Positions 1-13,330 are shown, numbered from the stretch's first letter. The stretch: 64,000 nt of DNA from the human T2T-CHM13v2.0 reference genome, Homo sapiens (GCA_009914755.4 CP068257.2:36448001-36512000); one strand, 5' to 3'. Numbers and translations: made by a program. Notes: generated by a model not told the origin, from the letters alone.

Positions 1-19
1 TCTTACATGGTGTCAGGAG

Positions 20-228
20 AGAGAGCAAGGTGGGGGAACTGTCACACACTTTTAAACCATCAGATCTCCTGGGAACTCATTCACTATCATGAGAACGGCA
101 TGGGGGTAACCATCCCTATGACCCAGTCACCTCCCACCAGGTCCCTCCCCGACACATGGGGATTACAATTCAACATGAGATTTGGGTGGGGACACAGAGC
201 CAAACCATATCACAGTGATACCACAATA
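20..228 (-). mobile_element. MaLR (THE1-like) LTR fragment, 5' part truncated by window edge
   Basis: Reverse complement of the THE1-type LTR start (…gccaaaccatatca / gggattacaattcaacatgagatttgggtggggacacagagcc); the same motif recurs at 43.7 kb. Family assignment is from memory of the consensus. Confidence 0.5.
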
Positions 229-329
229 AGATATCCATAAGTGTCAGTTTCTTAAGGCAGTTTTCCAAAGTACCCCACATCGGATAGTTGAAATATCTGA
301 GATGTATTGTCCCACAGCTCGGAAGGCTG

Positions 330-690
330 GAAGTCCTAGATGAAGGTGTTGGCAGGGTTGGTTCCTTTTGAGGCTGTGAGTGGGGATCTGCTCCAGGGTC
401 CCCTCCAGCTTCTGGGGGTTCCTTGGCTTGTAGCAACATCACTCCAATCTCTGCCTTGTCATCACATGGCCTCTTCCCTGTATGTTCGTCTGGGCCCAAA
501 TGTCCCATTTTCATAAGGACACCAGTCACACTGGATTAAGGGCCTATCCTACTCCAGTAGAACCTCATCTTACCTAAGTTACATCTTCAGTGACCCTCTT
601 TTCAAATAAGGTTATTTTCTGGGCATTGGGACTTTAACAAATGAATTTTGGGGGAATCTGATATAACCGATCCTACCCCCCACAGTGATG
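330..690 (+). mobile_element. MaLR MLT1-like LTR fragment
   Basis: Motif 'ataaggacaccagtcacactggattaagggcc…cctcatcttacctaa…atcttcagtgaccctcttttcaaataaggt' is typical of MLT1-type LTRs. Similar blocks occur at 3.4-3.8 kb and 4.3-4.6 kb. Confidence 0.4.
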
Positions 691-2434
691 CTTGGGCACC
701 TCAGGGAGCACCCCCCTCTCAGCCCTGCATCCCAGTCCCTCATCCCACCTCCTGCTCCTGGCTTTATTGTGCCTTGTTCCATCTCACGGCCTCACCCGCA
801 CACCGCCATTTTGGTTGGGCTGTCTGCTTTGTCCCTGAACGCTACCTTCTAATCTTCCCTTGACTCCTCTCCTGCTCAGAGCCCAGGCTGCCTAAATCCC
901 AGACCAGGGATCGGACTCTGAGGAGCCCCCATTTATTCAGTAAGGGAGTGTCTCTGTCCCCTTAATAAACTGTTATCCTGCTTCTTGACTCATGGAGGAA
1001 CAGCAAGTCCTGAAGAAAGATGCAGGAACAAGGGACCCAGAAACCCAGCCAGGTGGGCTTACGGCATCTGGGAAACTGTGTTTTGGAACAAGATTTGGGG
1101 CCTATTTGTGAGCACATTGTCCTAAAGGCATTTTTGAGCCCAGGATAGGTAAGGAAATGGAATTCTCTGCTGAGATCACTATTAATATCTTACACCACCT
1201 AGAAAAAAATGGTGTCTAAAATATCCAACCTGTCAGACAAGGAGCTTTGATTGAAGATGCAATCACACAGCCAAGCCAATGCCAGCTGACAAAAGGAGTT
1301 TCTGGGGTGGGAAATGGGTGGGATGTGTCCAGGGATTTAAAACCCAATCCTTGCAGGTTTAAACGAAGTATGATTTTTGACAGGAGGTTCTCAGTGGAGT
1401 CTTGTATTTTTCTACAATTTTTGATTAGGGCCTCATGGACTGGAATCTACCTATTCTCTGTCTGGAGTCATAGGGTGCTAGTGGGTAAGTGTGATGTTTT
1501 CATAGGTAGCAGTTCTATAAGGTCTCCTGTACAGTCATCTGTGGTATTTTCAAATGTTTACCTCTGCTCTATAAAGAATTTGGGTCACTTTTGACTATGT
1601 AAGACTTTGGTCTGAATTATTTAGACTACCACCCCTACTGCAGTAGTATTTTAGAATTCCTTCTACAACTTCAGTGGCTATGACATTTACTAATCTTGGC
1701 ATATGATTTCTGAGGAAGGGTTGCTTAAAATAAATACCTAGGCGCCCAGATACAGAATTTAGCTATGGTGAAATCTCAACTGTTCAGTGTCTCCTGAAAA
1801 TCAGTGATATCTTCTGGATGACCAAATTGACCAAACACTTGAAGGCTAAACTTATTCTTCCCCAGAACATTAAAATCTAAGTTTCACTTGTATCGTATTT
1901 TGTTTTTGCTGGAAGTGTGGGCTTTCTTTTAAAATAGCTGACATCAATCAATCAAACCAGTTTCTTAATAGTTTATCATGGTCCCCGGGCACTCCAGTTA
2001 TTTTGTCATGTTTCCTTGTGGCTCCGGTTGTATTAACAGATGCAAACTTGCATGTAGAAGGTGTGAGGGCACAGAGCATGTTGCACATCTGTATAGAGCT
2101 TGCTTTCATGGGAATCTGTTGATATTAATTTCAGATCATTTTTCTTCTCATCAAGATGAAGTGAGGCACACAAAGGCCACTTGGTTGAGGTCATTCCCCA
2201 GCCTCTCTGCAGACTTAGAGAATCAAGCCCTGAGTCCATCTTCCACGGAGTGTTTTTCTTACCTTCCTAAAAGAGACTCATCTTCTGATTAGCCCAGTTA
2301 CCTTTGGTATCTTGGACCCATCTATGGCTTGGATCTACTTTCCCATCTCTAGTTCTTTATGAAAGGTTCACGAGGATTTTTTTCTCCCTTCTACAGTAAT
2401 TTGTGCTAGGAGAGGGTACAGACTGACTCTAGAT

Positions 2435-2666
2435 CAGGGGTTCTCACTGGGGGTGATTTTATCCTCTTCCTTGGGGATATTGAGCAATGTCTGGAGACAT
2501 TTTGATTGTCATGATGAGGGGGTGAGGTGCTAACCCTAACCCTAACCCACCTAGGGAGTGAGTGGAGGTCCAGGATGCTGCTCAACATCCTACAATGCAC
2601 AAGACAGGCCCCCACAACAAAGCATTATCCAGTTCAAAGTGTCAAGAGAGTTGCACTTGAGAAACC
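2435..2666 (+). mobile_element. Non-autonomous DNA transposon (hAT-like MITE) with terminal inverted repeats cagGGGTTCTCA…TGAGAAACC
   Basis: About 12-bp TIRs at both ends. Internal 'ggcaatgtctggagacattttgattgtcat…ggatgctgctcaacatcctacaatgcacaagacaggcccccacaacaaag' matches a common mammalian MITE. A second inverted copy lies at 7.36-7.58 kb. Confidence 0.45.
2531..2549 (-). repeat. Short telomere-like (CCCTAA)3 / (TTAGGG)3 run inside the MITE
   Basis: 'ctaaccctaaccctaaccc' read directly; three hexamer units only. Confidence 0.8.
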
Positions 2667-3081
2667 TTATTCTAAAGAAAATAACACTTTGGCAACATAA
2701 ACTGAGCTACAATCTCTTTCAACCTCTCTTTATCTGTGATAATTCAGAGTATTAACCTCTGTTAGCAATTGCATCTTAATATTAAAGTTCCTATAAAATG
2801 CCTCCCTGATGGATAAACCTTTTCATATAGTTTCTTCTCTAACACACGCTTCGTAAAGCATGATAATCCATAGGTTGAATCTAGTAAAGGCAGGAAGTGA
2901 AGGTAGGATGCCAGTTAAAATAAATACATGCAATGTTAACTCTGCAACTGGAAGGAGAACTCAGATACTGTCTTGCGCTGGTTGAGACAACTTTTTTCAG
3001 GTGTCAGGCTGGTATCTGCATTAGTTTCCCAGGGTTGCTGTAAACATGGACACAACTTGAGCAGCCTAAAAACAATAGAAA

Positions 3082-3399
<318 letters not shown>

Positions 3400-3404
3400 A
3401 ATAG

Positions 3405-3800
3405 AAATGTACTCTCTCACACTTCTGGAGGCCAGAAGTAAAAAATTCAAGGGGTCATCAGGGCCATACTCCCTCTGAATGCTCTAGGGAGAGTCCTTTC
3501 TTGCCTCTTCAGCTGCTGGTGTTGCCAGCCATCCTGGGCATTCATCAGCTTGTTGTTGCATCACTCCAGCCTCTGCCTGCGTTACTATTTGGACTTCTTC
3601 CCTGTGCATTTCCAAATCTCTCTCTTGTAAGTCATTGGATTTAGGACTCATTCTCATTTAGTCTGACATCATCATACTGTATCTGCAAAGGCCATATTTC
3701 CAAATAAGTTCACATTTATAGGTACTCCATGGAGATTAGAACTTGGACATATCTTTCTGGGTGACACCATTCCACCCACAGCAGTCAGTAGCCAGGATGT
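3405..3800 (+). mobile_element. MaLR MLT1-like LTR fragment
   Basis: '…tcattggatttaggactcattctcatttagtctgacatcatcatactgtatctgcaaaggccatatttccaaataagttcacatttataggtactc' shows the MLT1 hallmark block. Confidence 0.4.
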
Positions 3801-4289
3801 ATGAGGCACTTTACTTCCCCACACCACAGAAGTCCTTTTGTCCCTGTCAATCACGCACCGTCTGTCTCTGGCAGTGGCAATATTGTTGCTGAGTCAGATT
3901 GCTGGTGGCAGGGTTGTCATTTGCTTGTCTTCATCATGTATTTCAGCCTCCTGTGTCTTTTCCTCCTCTTTCTTCTTTATTTTCCCATCAATTCTCCTTG
4001 TCTGCCTGATTTTACCACCAGAAGCTAATCATGATGCACTTTCCTTTATGATAAAGATGCTCACCCCATTCACTGAGCATGGGATCCGACTCTTTGGATC
4101 TTCTTGGTGGTATTCATTTGCTGCCCATTGCCTGGGAGCACCTGGTAATTGCAGAAGATATTTTCCTCTAAGTGCTTAAATGCTGGCAGTCCTTAGGGGA
4201 ATCTGAGGCTTCCATAAAACTGGACTTCAGATGACAAAGCCATGCTACATTAATAGCTCTAGAGATCTGCAGTTGGGATGGCTTATCTT

Positions 4290-4565
4290 TCAGATGCCAT
4301 CATTTTGGCTTTTAATTTGTTTGCGAACAATATCCTTTGGGGAGCTGCATCCTTCAACGTCTGCCTGCATTATCACATGGGCTTCTTCCCTGTGTGTCTC
4401 CAGATCTCCCTCTCATAATTCATCGGATTTAGGGCTCACCCTAATTTAGTTTGACCTCATTTTGATTATATCTGCAAAAGCCATGTCTTTTACCTGAGGG
4501 TAACAGATAGTAAGAACTTGTGGGCATCACCTAAGAGCAGGGAGTGAAAAAACCAACTGAGGAAA
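4290..4565 (+). mobile_element. MaLR MLT1-like LTR fragment (second copy, same orientation)
   Basis: '…tcatcggatttagggctcaccctaatttagtttgacctcattttgattatatctgcaaaagccatgtctttt'. Confidence 0.4.
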
Positions 4566-4599
4566 GAAAAATGCAGGGCCCAAAAACCTTTTTAAAATG

Positions 4600-4891
<292 letters not shown>

Positions 4892-7361
4892 AGGAAACCT
4901 TTTAATTAAACAATGTAGTCGAGGTCTGTGGGAAGAGGCAGAAGGGATAGGATTGTCCCCACCCTCTGTCAATGTTCAACAGCCTGAAACCCCCATCTTG
5001 TTGTAACCCTGATGTTGCTGTGTCACTGCTCAAGCAGAAATACAGAATGTCAATACCAGAGCAAAGATGGACTCTTGAGCTGTGTTCTATTGGTGGAACC
5101 AAGGGCTTTAGTTGGAGCTACGAAAGCAGCATAAGTATACAGAGGAGTCTAGACAGTAAGCCTGGGCAAGCCAGGCAATGACTGGCAGAAAGACAATTAT
5201 TATTCCTGCCGTGTGTGCAAGTGCGTGTTTGGAGGGGAAAGATGAGGTCTGATTGTCTTCAGGCTTTCCACCAGATTAGTGTTTCCCATGAAACCTGGAG
5301 GTTCATGGACGTGGTCTTTTGGGGGATGGTTCCCTGGGTCTTTTTTTGCCCTTGTAAAATATTGACAGGTAAGTTTTCAACAAGAATGCTGCTGTCGTCT
5401 ATCTTGTTTAAGATTGCCACCTTCCTCTGCCTCTGAAATCTCCATACCACTTCTGTGCTTTATTTTCCTCCTAAACATAATCATTTTCAAATATACTATA
5501 TATCTACTCATGAATCTTGTTGATTACTTCCTTCTCCTTAGGACGTGAGCTCCACAAGGGCAGAGGGTCTTGTCTGTTCCATTCACTGCTGTGTCTTCCG
5601 TAAATGAGACACATGGCCCCTGGGCCATCCTGGCTTCCTCATCCTTCAACCCTTCAACCTGCACATACTTGTTATTATGTGGGGTGTGATTTTACTAGAG
5701 GGAACCATTCGATGTTGCACATATAAGGGATTTGTAAAATGGGAATAGCAATAGTATTGAGCCGATGTGGCTGTCGTAAATGAGTACCTGTAAACAACAG
5801 CAACAACAACAAAAAAAACCCAGAAGCAGCCTGACCTAGAATGAGTGCTTGGCAGTGTCAGCCCACTCACCAAGACCCTCTGATGGTGCTTGCTCAAGCC
5901 CTGGTGCTCTGCTGCTGAAAGGAATCCATATGTTTGGGTTTCCACCAAGCTGAAATCTTAATTAGCATAATATGTAAAATCGTGTCAGTGTTCAGTTTTT
6001 GCTCCCTTCCCCCGCCCCCCGTTTATATTTCCTTAACTTTTGGTACTTGGTCATTGCTTCTCTGTTAGGGAAACTACTAATAGGAGGGAAAAAATGCTAA
6101 AAATCTTTCAGGGAAGGGGGAATGATCATGCTTAGTTCAACAACTTGCATTTTTAAAGATTTATGCATACATCTGGTTTTGTTTTCTTTAAAATTATCCT
6201 TGGCTTTATAAATGCCTATACTCAATCCAATTGAATATATCAATGTTTCCTGGTCTTCCATAATTGCATCATGACCCCAAACACTTAGTCCACTCACTAA
6301 TTTAATTGTTTATGTCTGGCCATCCAGGCAGACCCATGCCCTTGGTATGTGAGCATGCTTATGCATAAGGTTAGCACTAACAGGCGTTAGATGCTTTCAG
6401 CTTTGCTATATGTTGTAAAACTAATGATGATTTGCAGAAATGAGTAGGAATATACAATTACTTTATGGTCAAAAATTTGAAAAAATACTTGTTTTGGCTT
6501 TCACTGACACTATGTAATTGGAAAAAAAAGGTGATTTAAGAAGAAAATTGATTTACACAAATGTTTTATTAAGGCCTTTGATTTCCATGCAGAAGGGATA
6601 TTGATATATTACTTATTTTTTAATTGCCAAATCCTTAGTGAACATTAAATGACACAAAAAAGGATTGTGGCAAATTGGATCTGGAAACAAGAGTTGTTGC
6701 TCTTTTAAGACCAAAGGTTGACTGAGCCATAACTTGCCAAGGTGTTTGGAGCAAAGTAGATGTTTATTCAATTATTTAACTCAATAAATAATTATGTGCT
6801 AGTTTTGTTCCTGGCATATTGTGTACACATGGCTGTTTGCCATCCAAGAGGGTATATAGTACATTTGGGAGTTATTATCATGTAGGTCGAGTTGGAAATG
6901 TAAAGCGAATGAACATGTCTTGGGAGATAATGTAGAATGAAGAGAAGACACCACTGTCTTTGGATGGGCAGACCAGCTCACAAAGAAGATGGAGGAAATG
7001 ATGGAAAATGACAACAGGAGAAAGTGTGGTCTTATAGACCAAGGGAAGAGGGAGTTCACAAAGGAAGAAACAGTCAGAAGCATCACATGCCACAGTGAGG
7101 GTCAAGTGAGAGTCAGTTGCTATATTGCTATATTTGTTGCTTTGGAATAAGGAGGGCTGAGTAAGCTATAATGAGTTATTTGGGCTGAAGATGCCAAACT
7201 TGAGGTCAGTGGTTGGAAAAAGGAATAAAACTCTGTGTCTCATCTGAGTGGCCAAATGTGCCTTTGCCATGGCAGCACCTCCTGCTCCCTCACCTCTCTG
7301 TTATGCAGCCAAAATATAATTAAGTGTATGATTGAGATATGCTCTTTTTTCCTTCTGAGCA

Positions 7362-7580
7362 CAGGATTTCTCAACCATGGCACAGTTGACATTCGAGACC
7401 CAATATTTCTTTGTGGTAGGGTATGCCCTGTGCATTGTAGGAGGTTTAGCTGCATCCCTAGTCTTTGGGGGCCAGGACCACCAAACTACTGCCCCAAAGT
7501 TGTGACATCCAAAAATTTCTTCCAGCAGTGCCAAATGTCCCCTGGGGGTCAAAACTGCCCCAGGCAAGAGTCATTGTTCT
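7362..7580 (-). mobile_element. Second copy of the hAT-like MITE, inverted relative to the 2.4 kb copy
   Basis: '…cctgtgcattgtaggaggtttagctgcatccctagtc…ccaaagttgtgacatccaaaaatttcttccagcagtgccaaatgtcccctgggggtcaaaactgcccc' is the reverse complement of the 2435-2666 element. Confidence 0.4.
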
Positions 7581-8559
7581 AGATATGTAGCCAGGGAGCT
7601 CAAGCTGCTTATTTTGAAATGCTCATCAGGATAGAGGTGCGGAACAAGCAGATTTTAGATGGAAACTGTCTCAGCCAGAAACCTGGCTAAGAAAAGGTGC
7701 GTATGGTGATGAAAACCAAATAACCAAGTAACTCAGACCTTAATTATTTAAGCAAAGTTTATCTCCCCTGAAGCAATGAAGGAATTGTCTCTAGAAGGTC
7801 AACACAAGACTGTAAAAGTCAATAATAAAAGATTGCTCCTAGTCACATACACACACCTTCATAAACTAAACATGAGGAAGCAAGATTGGCTAATGGTGAT
7901 GGCGGTTTGTTGTGGGCATGTGGTTAGCAGGACCCTCCACCTCTCTGACCATAACGCCCTTTGGTCTTCAGTAGTTGATGACAATACCAGCTCAGAGTCA
8001 TATAATTTGTTCTCTACCTCATCTCTGCCTTCCACAGAGCAAAAATTCAGGTGGTCCTAGTTTTAAAGGTAGAGTAATATTTTCCCCCTTTCTCCCTTTT
8101 GTTCTCCACTTGGTTTGTTTTTCTGCTTTCTAGAATCTGGAGGACATTCCTGGCCCTTAGCAGACTTATTTTCCCCTTTTCTTTTGCTTAATCTAATAAG
8201 GCAATAGCATGTACAAACCATCCAGCGAGAATTTTCCTCTCCTACAGAGTGTGCGGCTGTGACTCAGGATTTGGTGTGTGGTTCACTTAGCCAGTCAACA
8301 AACAATGGCTGCAACTCTGTTAGCACTGTGCTCTCACAGGTGAGACAGGTCCATGCTCTAGACAAAACAGTTGGCTGCCATTTTTCATTTGAACAAGTTT
8401 TGTTCAACTTGGGGGTAGAGATAATAAACAAGTCAAATGTAAATTTGAAAGACAAAATAAATACAAATTATAATCATTGGCAGAAAAAAAGTGAAGTCCT
8501 GTGATGGGTTTGAGATTATCCTAGATTATTTTAGTGGGTCCAATCTAAACACACAATCC

Positions 8560-8975
8560 CGTAAAGGTAGAGAATCATCTTTCCCAGCTGAATCAGAGAG
8601 ATGAGACAGAAGAAGAGATTCAAAGCGTGAGAGTAACTTGCCCCGCCCTTCATGGCTTTGAAGATGAAGGAAAGACGCTGTGAGCCACAGAATGTGGGTG
8701 ACCCCTGGACACTGGGAAATTATCTCAGCTGGCAGCCATTGAGGAAGTGAGATCTCAGTCCTACAGCTTCCAGAAGATGATTCTCCCACTAACCTGAATG
8801 AGCAAGGAAACGGACTTTGCTTTAGAGCCTTCAGAAGGGAGCACGGCACTGCCAATGCCTTGGCTTTAACCCAGTGAGACTCATGCCAGACTTATAACAC
8901 ATTTCTGTTGTTTAAGCTGCAAGTTTATGCCAATTTGTTACAGCAGCAACAGGAAACTAATACACTGGGCTTGGT
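8560..8975 (+). mobile_element. MaLR-type LTR 3' half (MST/THE-like; '…ctgtgagataataaatttctgttgtttaagc…ttgttacagcagc…aactaatac' ending)
   Basis: Same terminal block as the copies at 25.7-26.1 kb, 32.5-32.8 kb and 63.6-64.0 kb. Family name not asserted beyond MaLR-like. Confidence 0.4.
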
Positions 8976-9246
8976 GGCTGAGTGGATATGGAGGAGGGGG
9001 AGGACCACAGGGTGGACTCCTAGATCAGCCAGAGGGCAATGAGTCCACATACCAAGGTGAGAAAACTCAGGGAGAAATGGACTATGGAGGGTGGAAACCA
9101 GACTGACGTTTTGGTCATATTAAATTTGAAATGTCTATAAGACATTTAAGTGGAGGTACTAGCAGGCAATTGACTATGTAAGTCTAGGGTTCAGAAGAGG
9201 AGACTGAGCTAGTGATGACTTTCTGGACTAGAAGAATACAGATCCA

Positions 9247-9722
9247 AGGCAGGAGGATCACTTGAGCCCAGGAATTCAATACCAGCCTGGGCAACATGGT
9301 GAGACCCCATCTCTACCAAAATAATAATAATAATAATGAGAAGAAGAAGAAGAAGAAGAGGAAGAGGAAGAAGAAGGAAGAAGAAGAAGGAAGAAGAAGA
9401 AGCCGTGTATAGTGGTGTGCACTTGTAGTCCTCGTAATTAAATACCAGCCTGGGCAACATGGTGAGACCCCATCTCTACCAAAATAATAATAATAATAAT
9501 GAGAAGAAGAAGAAGAAGAGGAAGAGGAAGAAGAAGAAAGAAAAAGAAGGAAGAAGAAGAAGAAGCCGTGTATAGTGGTGTGCACTTGTAGTCCCCGTTC
9601 CTTAAGAGGTTGAGGTGGGAGGATCGCTTGAGTTCAGGAGTTTGAGGCTGCAGTGAGCTGTGATCGCACCACTGCACTCCTGGGTGACAGAGTGAGATTG
9701 TCCCTAAAAAAGAAAGAAAGAA
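9247..9722 (+). mobile_element. 5'-truncated Alu (older AluJ/Sx-like) carrying an internal 163-bp tandem duplication and (AAT)n(GAA)n microsatellite in its middle A-rich linker
   Basis: Unit 'accagcctgggcaacatggtgagaccccatctctaccaaaataataataataataatgagaagaag…gccgtgtatagtggtgtgcacttgtagtcc' occurs at 9281-9443 and again at 9444-about 9597. The Alu right arm then continues to an A-rich tail. Confidence 0.85.
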
Positions 9723-10975
9723 GACAGGTGACAACATGCAACATGGAACTGAGTGGATGTAAGAAGTGAGTGTGGCTGGAGAAGCAAGACTAAGTCCAAA
9801 TCAAAGACACCACAGTATGTGAGGTTGGGTGGGAAAGGAGGAGGACATGGCAAAGGTGTCAGATAAGGACCCCCAGTAGGGCAAGGAGAAAACCATGAGA
9901 GCACAGCATCAGAAGGGCCAGGAGCCAGGCATGGGCTGCAACGGAGGATGTGGGCAGCTGAGAGGACTAGTGGAAGAATGACAGACAGGTGCCACGAATT
10001 TGGCAATGTTGAATGGATGCTGGTCCTTGGTAAGTCTGCATTAGTAGGGTGGCAAGGATGGAAGCCAGATGGGAATAGGATGCGGAGGCAGGGGTGAGGC
10101 GATTAAATTCAGACAACTTGTTCACTAGAAACAGAAGTGGAGAGTGGATCTAGAATGGGTGAGAGTGAAGAGATGGCTTTTAAAGATGGATCAAAGAACA
10201 AAGCTGGGGTGTCACATTACCTTTCAAATTTATTACAAAGCGGTAGTAACCAAAACAGTATGGTGCTGGTGCAAAAACAGACACATGGACCAGTGGAGCA
10301 GAATAGAGAACCCAGATATAAATCCACCCATTGCAACCAACTCATCTTCAACAAAGGCACCAAGAACTTACAATGGGGAAAAGACAGTCTCTTCCATAAG
10401 TGGTGCTGGGAAAACTAGATATCCATATACAAAAGAATGAAAATAGCCCCCTATCTCTCATCATACACAGAAATCAAATCAAAATAGATTATAGACTTGA
10501 ATTTTAGATCTGAAACTATGAAACTACTAGAAGAAAACACTGGGGAACCACCCCGTGACATTGGTCTGAGCAAATATTTCTTGTGTAAGTTCTCAAAAGC
10601 ACAGGCAACCAGAGCAAAAATAGACAATTGGAATTACATAATGCTAAAAAGCTTCTGCACCACACAGGAAACAACAAACTGAATAGACAAACCACAGATA
10701 GAGAGAAAATCTTTGCAATCTAACTGACAAGGGACTAATAACCTGAATATATAAAGAACTCAAACAACTAAATAGCAAAGAAACAAATAATTTCATTTTT
10801 AAAAATGGGCAAAAAATTGGGACAAACATTTTTCAAAAAGAAGACATACAAATGGCCTACAGTTATATTTTTTAAATGTTTGACATTGCTAATCATCAGA
10901 TAAATGCAAATCAAAACCATAATGTAGTATCATCTCACTCAAGTTGAAATGGTTTGTATAAAAAAGACAGGCAAC

Positions 10976-11177
10976 AGCATTAAGGAAAAATAGCTAATGC
11001 ATGCTGGGCTTAATACCTAGGTGATAGGCTGATAGATGCAGCATACCACCATGGCACACATTTACCTATGTAACAAACCTGCATACCCTGCACATGTACC
11101 CTGGAACTAAAAATAAAAACTGAAAGAAAAAAAAATGAAGATAAAAAACAATATGCACTATTCAAAAAAAAAAAAAA
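10976..11177 (+). mobile_element. Very short (about 200 bp) L1 3'-UTR + poly-A insertion nested inside the older L1, TSD about 'aggcaac'
   Basis: '…aatagctaatgcatgctgggcttaatacctaggtgat…catggcacacatttacctatgtaacaaacctgcataccctgcacatgtaccctggaactaaaaataaaa…(A)n'. The host sequence 'aaagacaggcaacagca' before it resumes as 'ggcaacgatggatgctggtgg' after it. Confidence 0.65.
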
Positions 11178-11760
11178 GGCAACGATGGATGCTGGTGGGA
11201 ATGAAGAAAGGGGAATTCTCATACGTTGCTGGTGGGAATGTAAATTAGTACAGCCACTATGAAGAAGAGTATGGAGGTTCCTTAAAAAATAGAAAATAGA
11301 ACTTTCTTATGACCCTGCAATTCCAGTACTGGATATATATCTATAAGACAGGAAATCAATATATTGAATAGATATCTACACTCTCATGTTTATCTCAGCA
11401 CTATTCACAATAGCCATAGCCAAAATATGGAATCAACCTAAGTGTCCACAACAGATGAATGGATAAAGAAAATGTGGTATATATACACAGTGTAACATTA
11501 TTAGGCCCTTAACAAAATAAAACCCCTGTCATTTGCAGCCACATGGATGGAACTGGGGGCCATTATGTTATGTGAGATAAGCCAGGCACAGAAAGACAAA
11601 TATCACATGTTCTTATCTGTGGGAGCTAAAAAGTGGATCTCATGAAGATAGAGAATAGATTGGCGGTTACCAGAGGCTGGGCATGGGAGGAGTACAAAGG
11701 GGTAAAGTGGGAAAAAATCATTAAATGTCTTTAAACTGTACACTTAAAAATGGTAAAGAT

Positions 11761-12111
<351 letters not shown>

Positions 12112-12164
12112 TCAAGTTTGTATACTGATGTGAACGATCTGGTCGGGGAGGATAAGTGGACCTG

Positions 12165-12440
12165 GAGAGAGAGAGAGAGAGAGAGGAACAGAGAGATAGA
12201 GAGAAGGGGAGAGAGAGAGAGGAGAAATGAGAAAGACAGAGAGAGATAGAAAGAGAGAGAGAAGGAAGAGAGAGAAGAGGAATGAGACAGAGAGATAGAG
12301 AGAAGGGAGAGAGAGAGGAGGAATGAGAGAGAGAAAGGAGAGAGAGAGAGGAGGAATGACAGAGACAGAGAAGGGAGAGCGAGAGAGACAGCTAAGGGGG
12401 AATGGGGGAATGAAAGGACAGAGGAGAGACAGAAATAATA
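12165..12440. repeat. Imperfect (GA)n/(GAGA) polypurine microsatellite, about 275 bp
   Basis: 'gagagagagagagagagaggaacagagagatagagagaagggga…' read directly. The long ORFs on the minus strand here (LSLS…) are artefacts of it. Confidence 0.9.
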
Positions 12441-13330
12441 TTTGGGGAGAGAATATTTGGGGAGAATATAGGAGATGGACCCCAAGGCACACGCGGAGGA
12501 ATCAGCCCATGGCGTTCACTGTAGTAGGAAGGGAAGCTGGGGAGATGGATCTGTAGATTTGTCAGTGGGAGGCGGATGGAAAAGAATAAAAATTCCTGGC
12601 AGCACGCCAGCTCGGCCTTCCCACATTAGTACGGCCGTAATAACGACTTGGGAGTAATAATCCAAAAATTCGGATGTGGAGAGGGAGATGACACTGCATC
12701 ACTTTGATCCAAATGGCATTTTTATGATGGCTTTAAATATGTTTATGATGTTTACAAGGAGAAAGTCTAGAATGCTGAGCAAAAGGATGCCTTTGGGAAA
12801 GGACATTAACATTTTTCTGACAACAATAACCCCCATGCTTGCCTCTCTCCTCCCCCAGGCCTTGCACTCCTTCTAGTTCTTTTGTTGTTCCACACCTGCA
12901 AGGTTGACCAGCTGCCCCACATCAGGGGACTCAGCTCTTGAAGGTGTTATCCCAGGAATGGTAGTAGGTCTTTCTGAGTCAAATCAATGTCCTCCAATTT
13001 GACTTCCAAGTGAACTTGTAAGCAGAGATACTCATTATTCAGCTGATAGTGTTAACAGAGATGGCTCAGATTCTAGAATTATTCCTGAGACAGGCTAACT
13101 GGACCATCTGCAATGATTCATATCATGCGTGGTCTTCAGGAGTCCACAAGGAGAAAGAAAATATTTAAACTTTTATGCTAGTAACTTTTATCTCATTCTT
13201 TTAAAACTGTATGTTGCAGTATATAAAAGCATTAATACAATAATATATGCATACAATTTATGTCTGTATACAATCATACAGTGGTGTGATCAAAACCTTT
13301 ATCCTGAAGGAAGAATGTGGTCTCACAAGC

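Noticed and set aside
2531-2549. Interstitial telomeric sequence
   Set aside because: Only three hexamers, inside a MITE. Far below the length of functional or fragile interstitial telomeric sequences. Noted as a feature but not a finding.
9281-9597. Possible CRISPR-like or direct-repeat array (163-bp units)
   Set aside because: Only two units, embedded in an Alu, with a eukaryotic repeat context. It is a tandem duplication, not a repeat-spacer array.
9209-9737. ORFs of 83-99 aa rich in F/L/S/I (FFFFLLL…, SSSSSSSS…)
   Set aside because: Translation of the Alu-internal (AAT)n(GAA)n tandem duplication on the minus strand.
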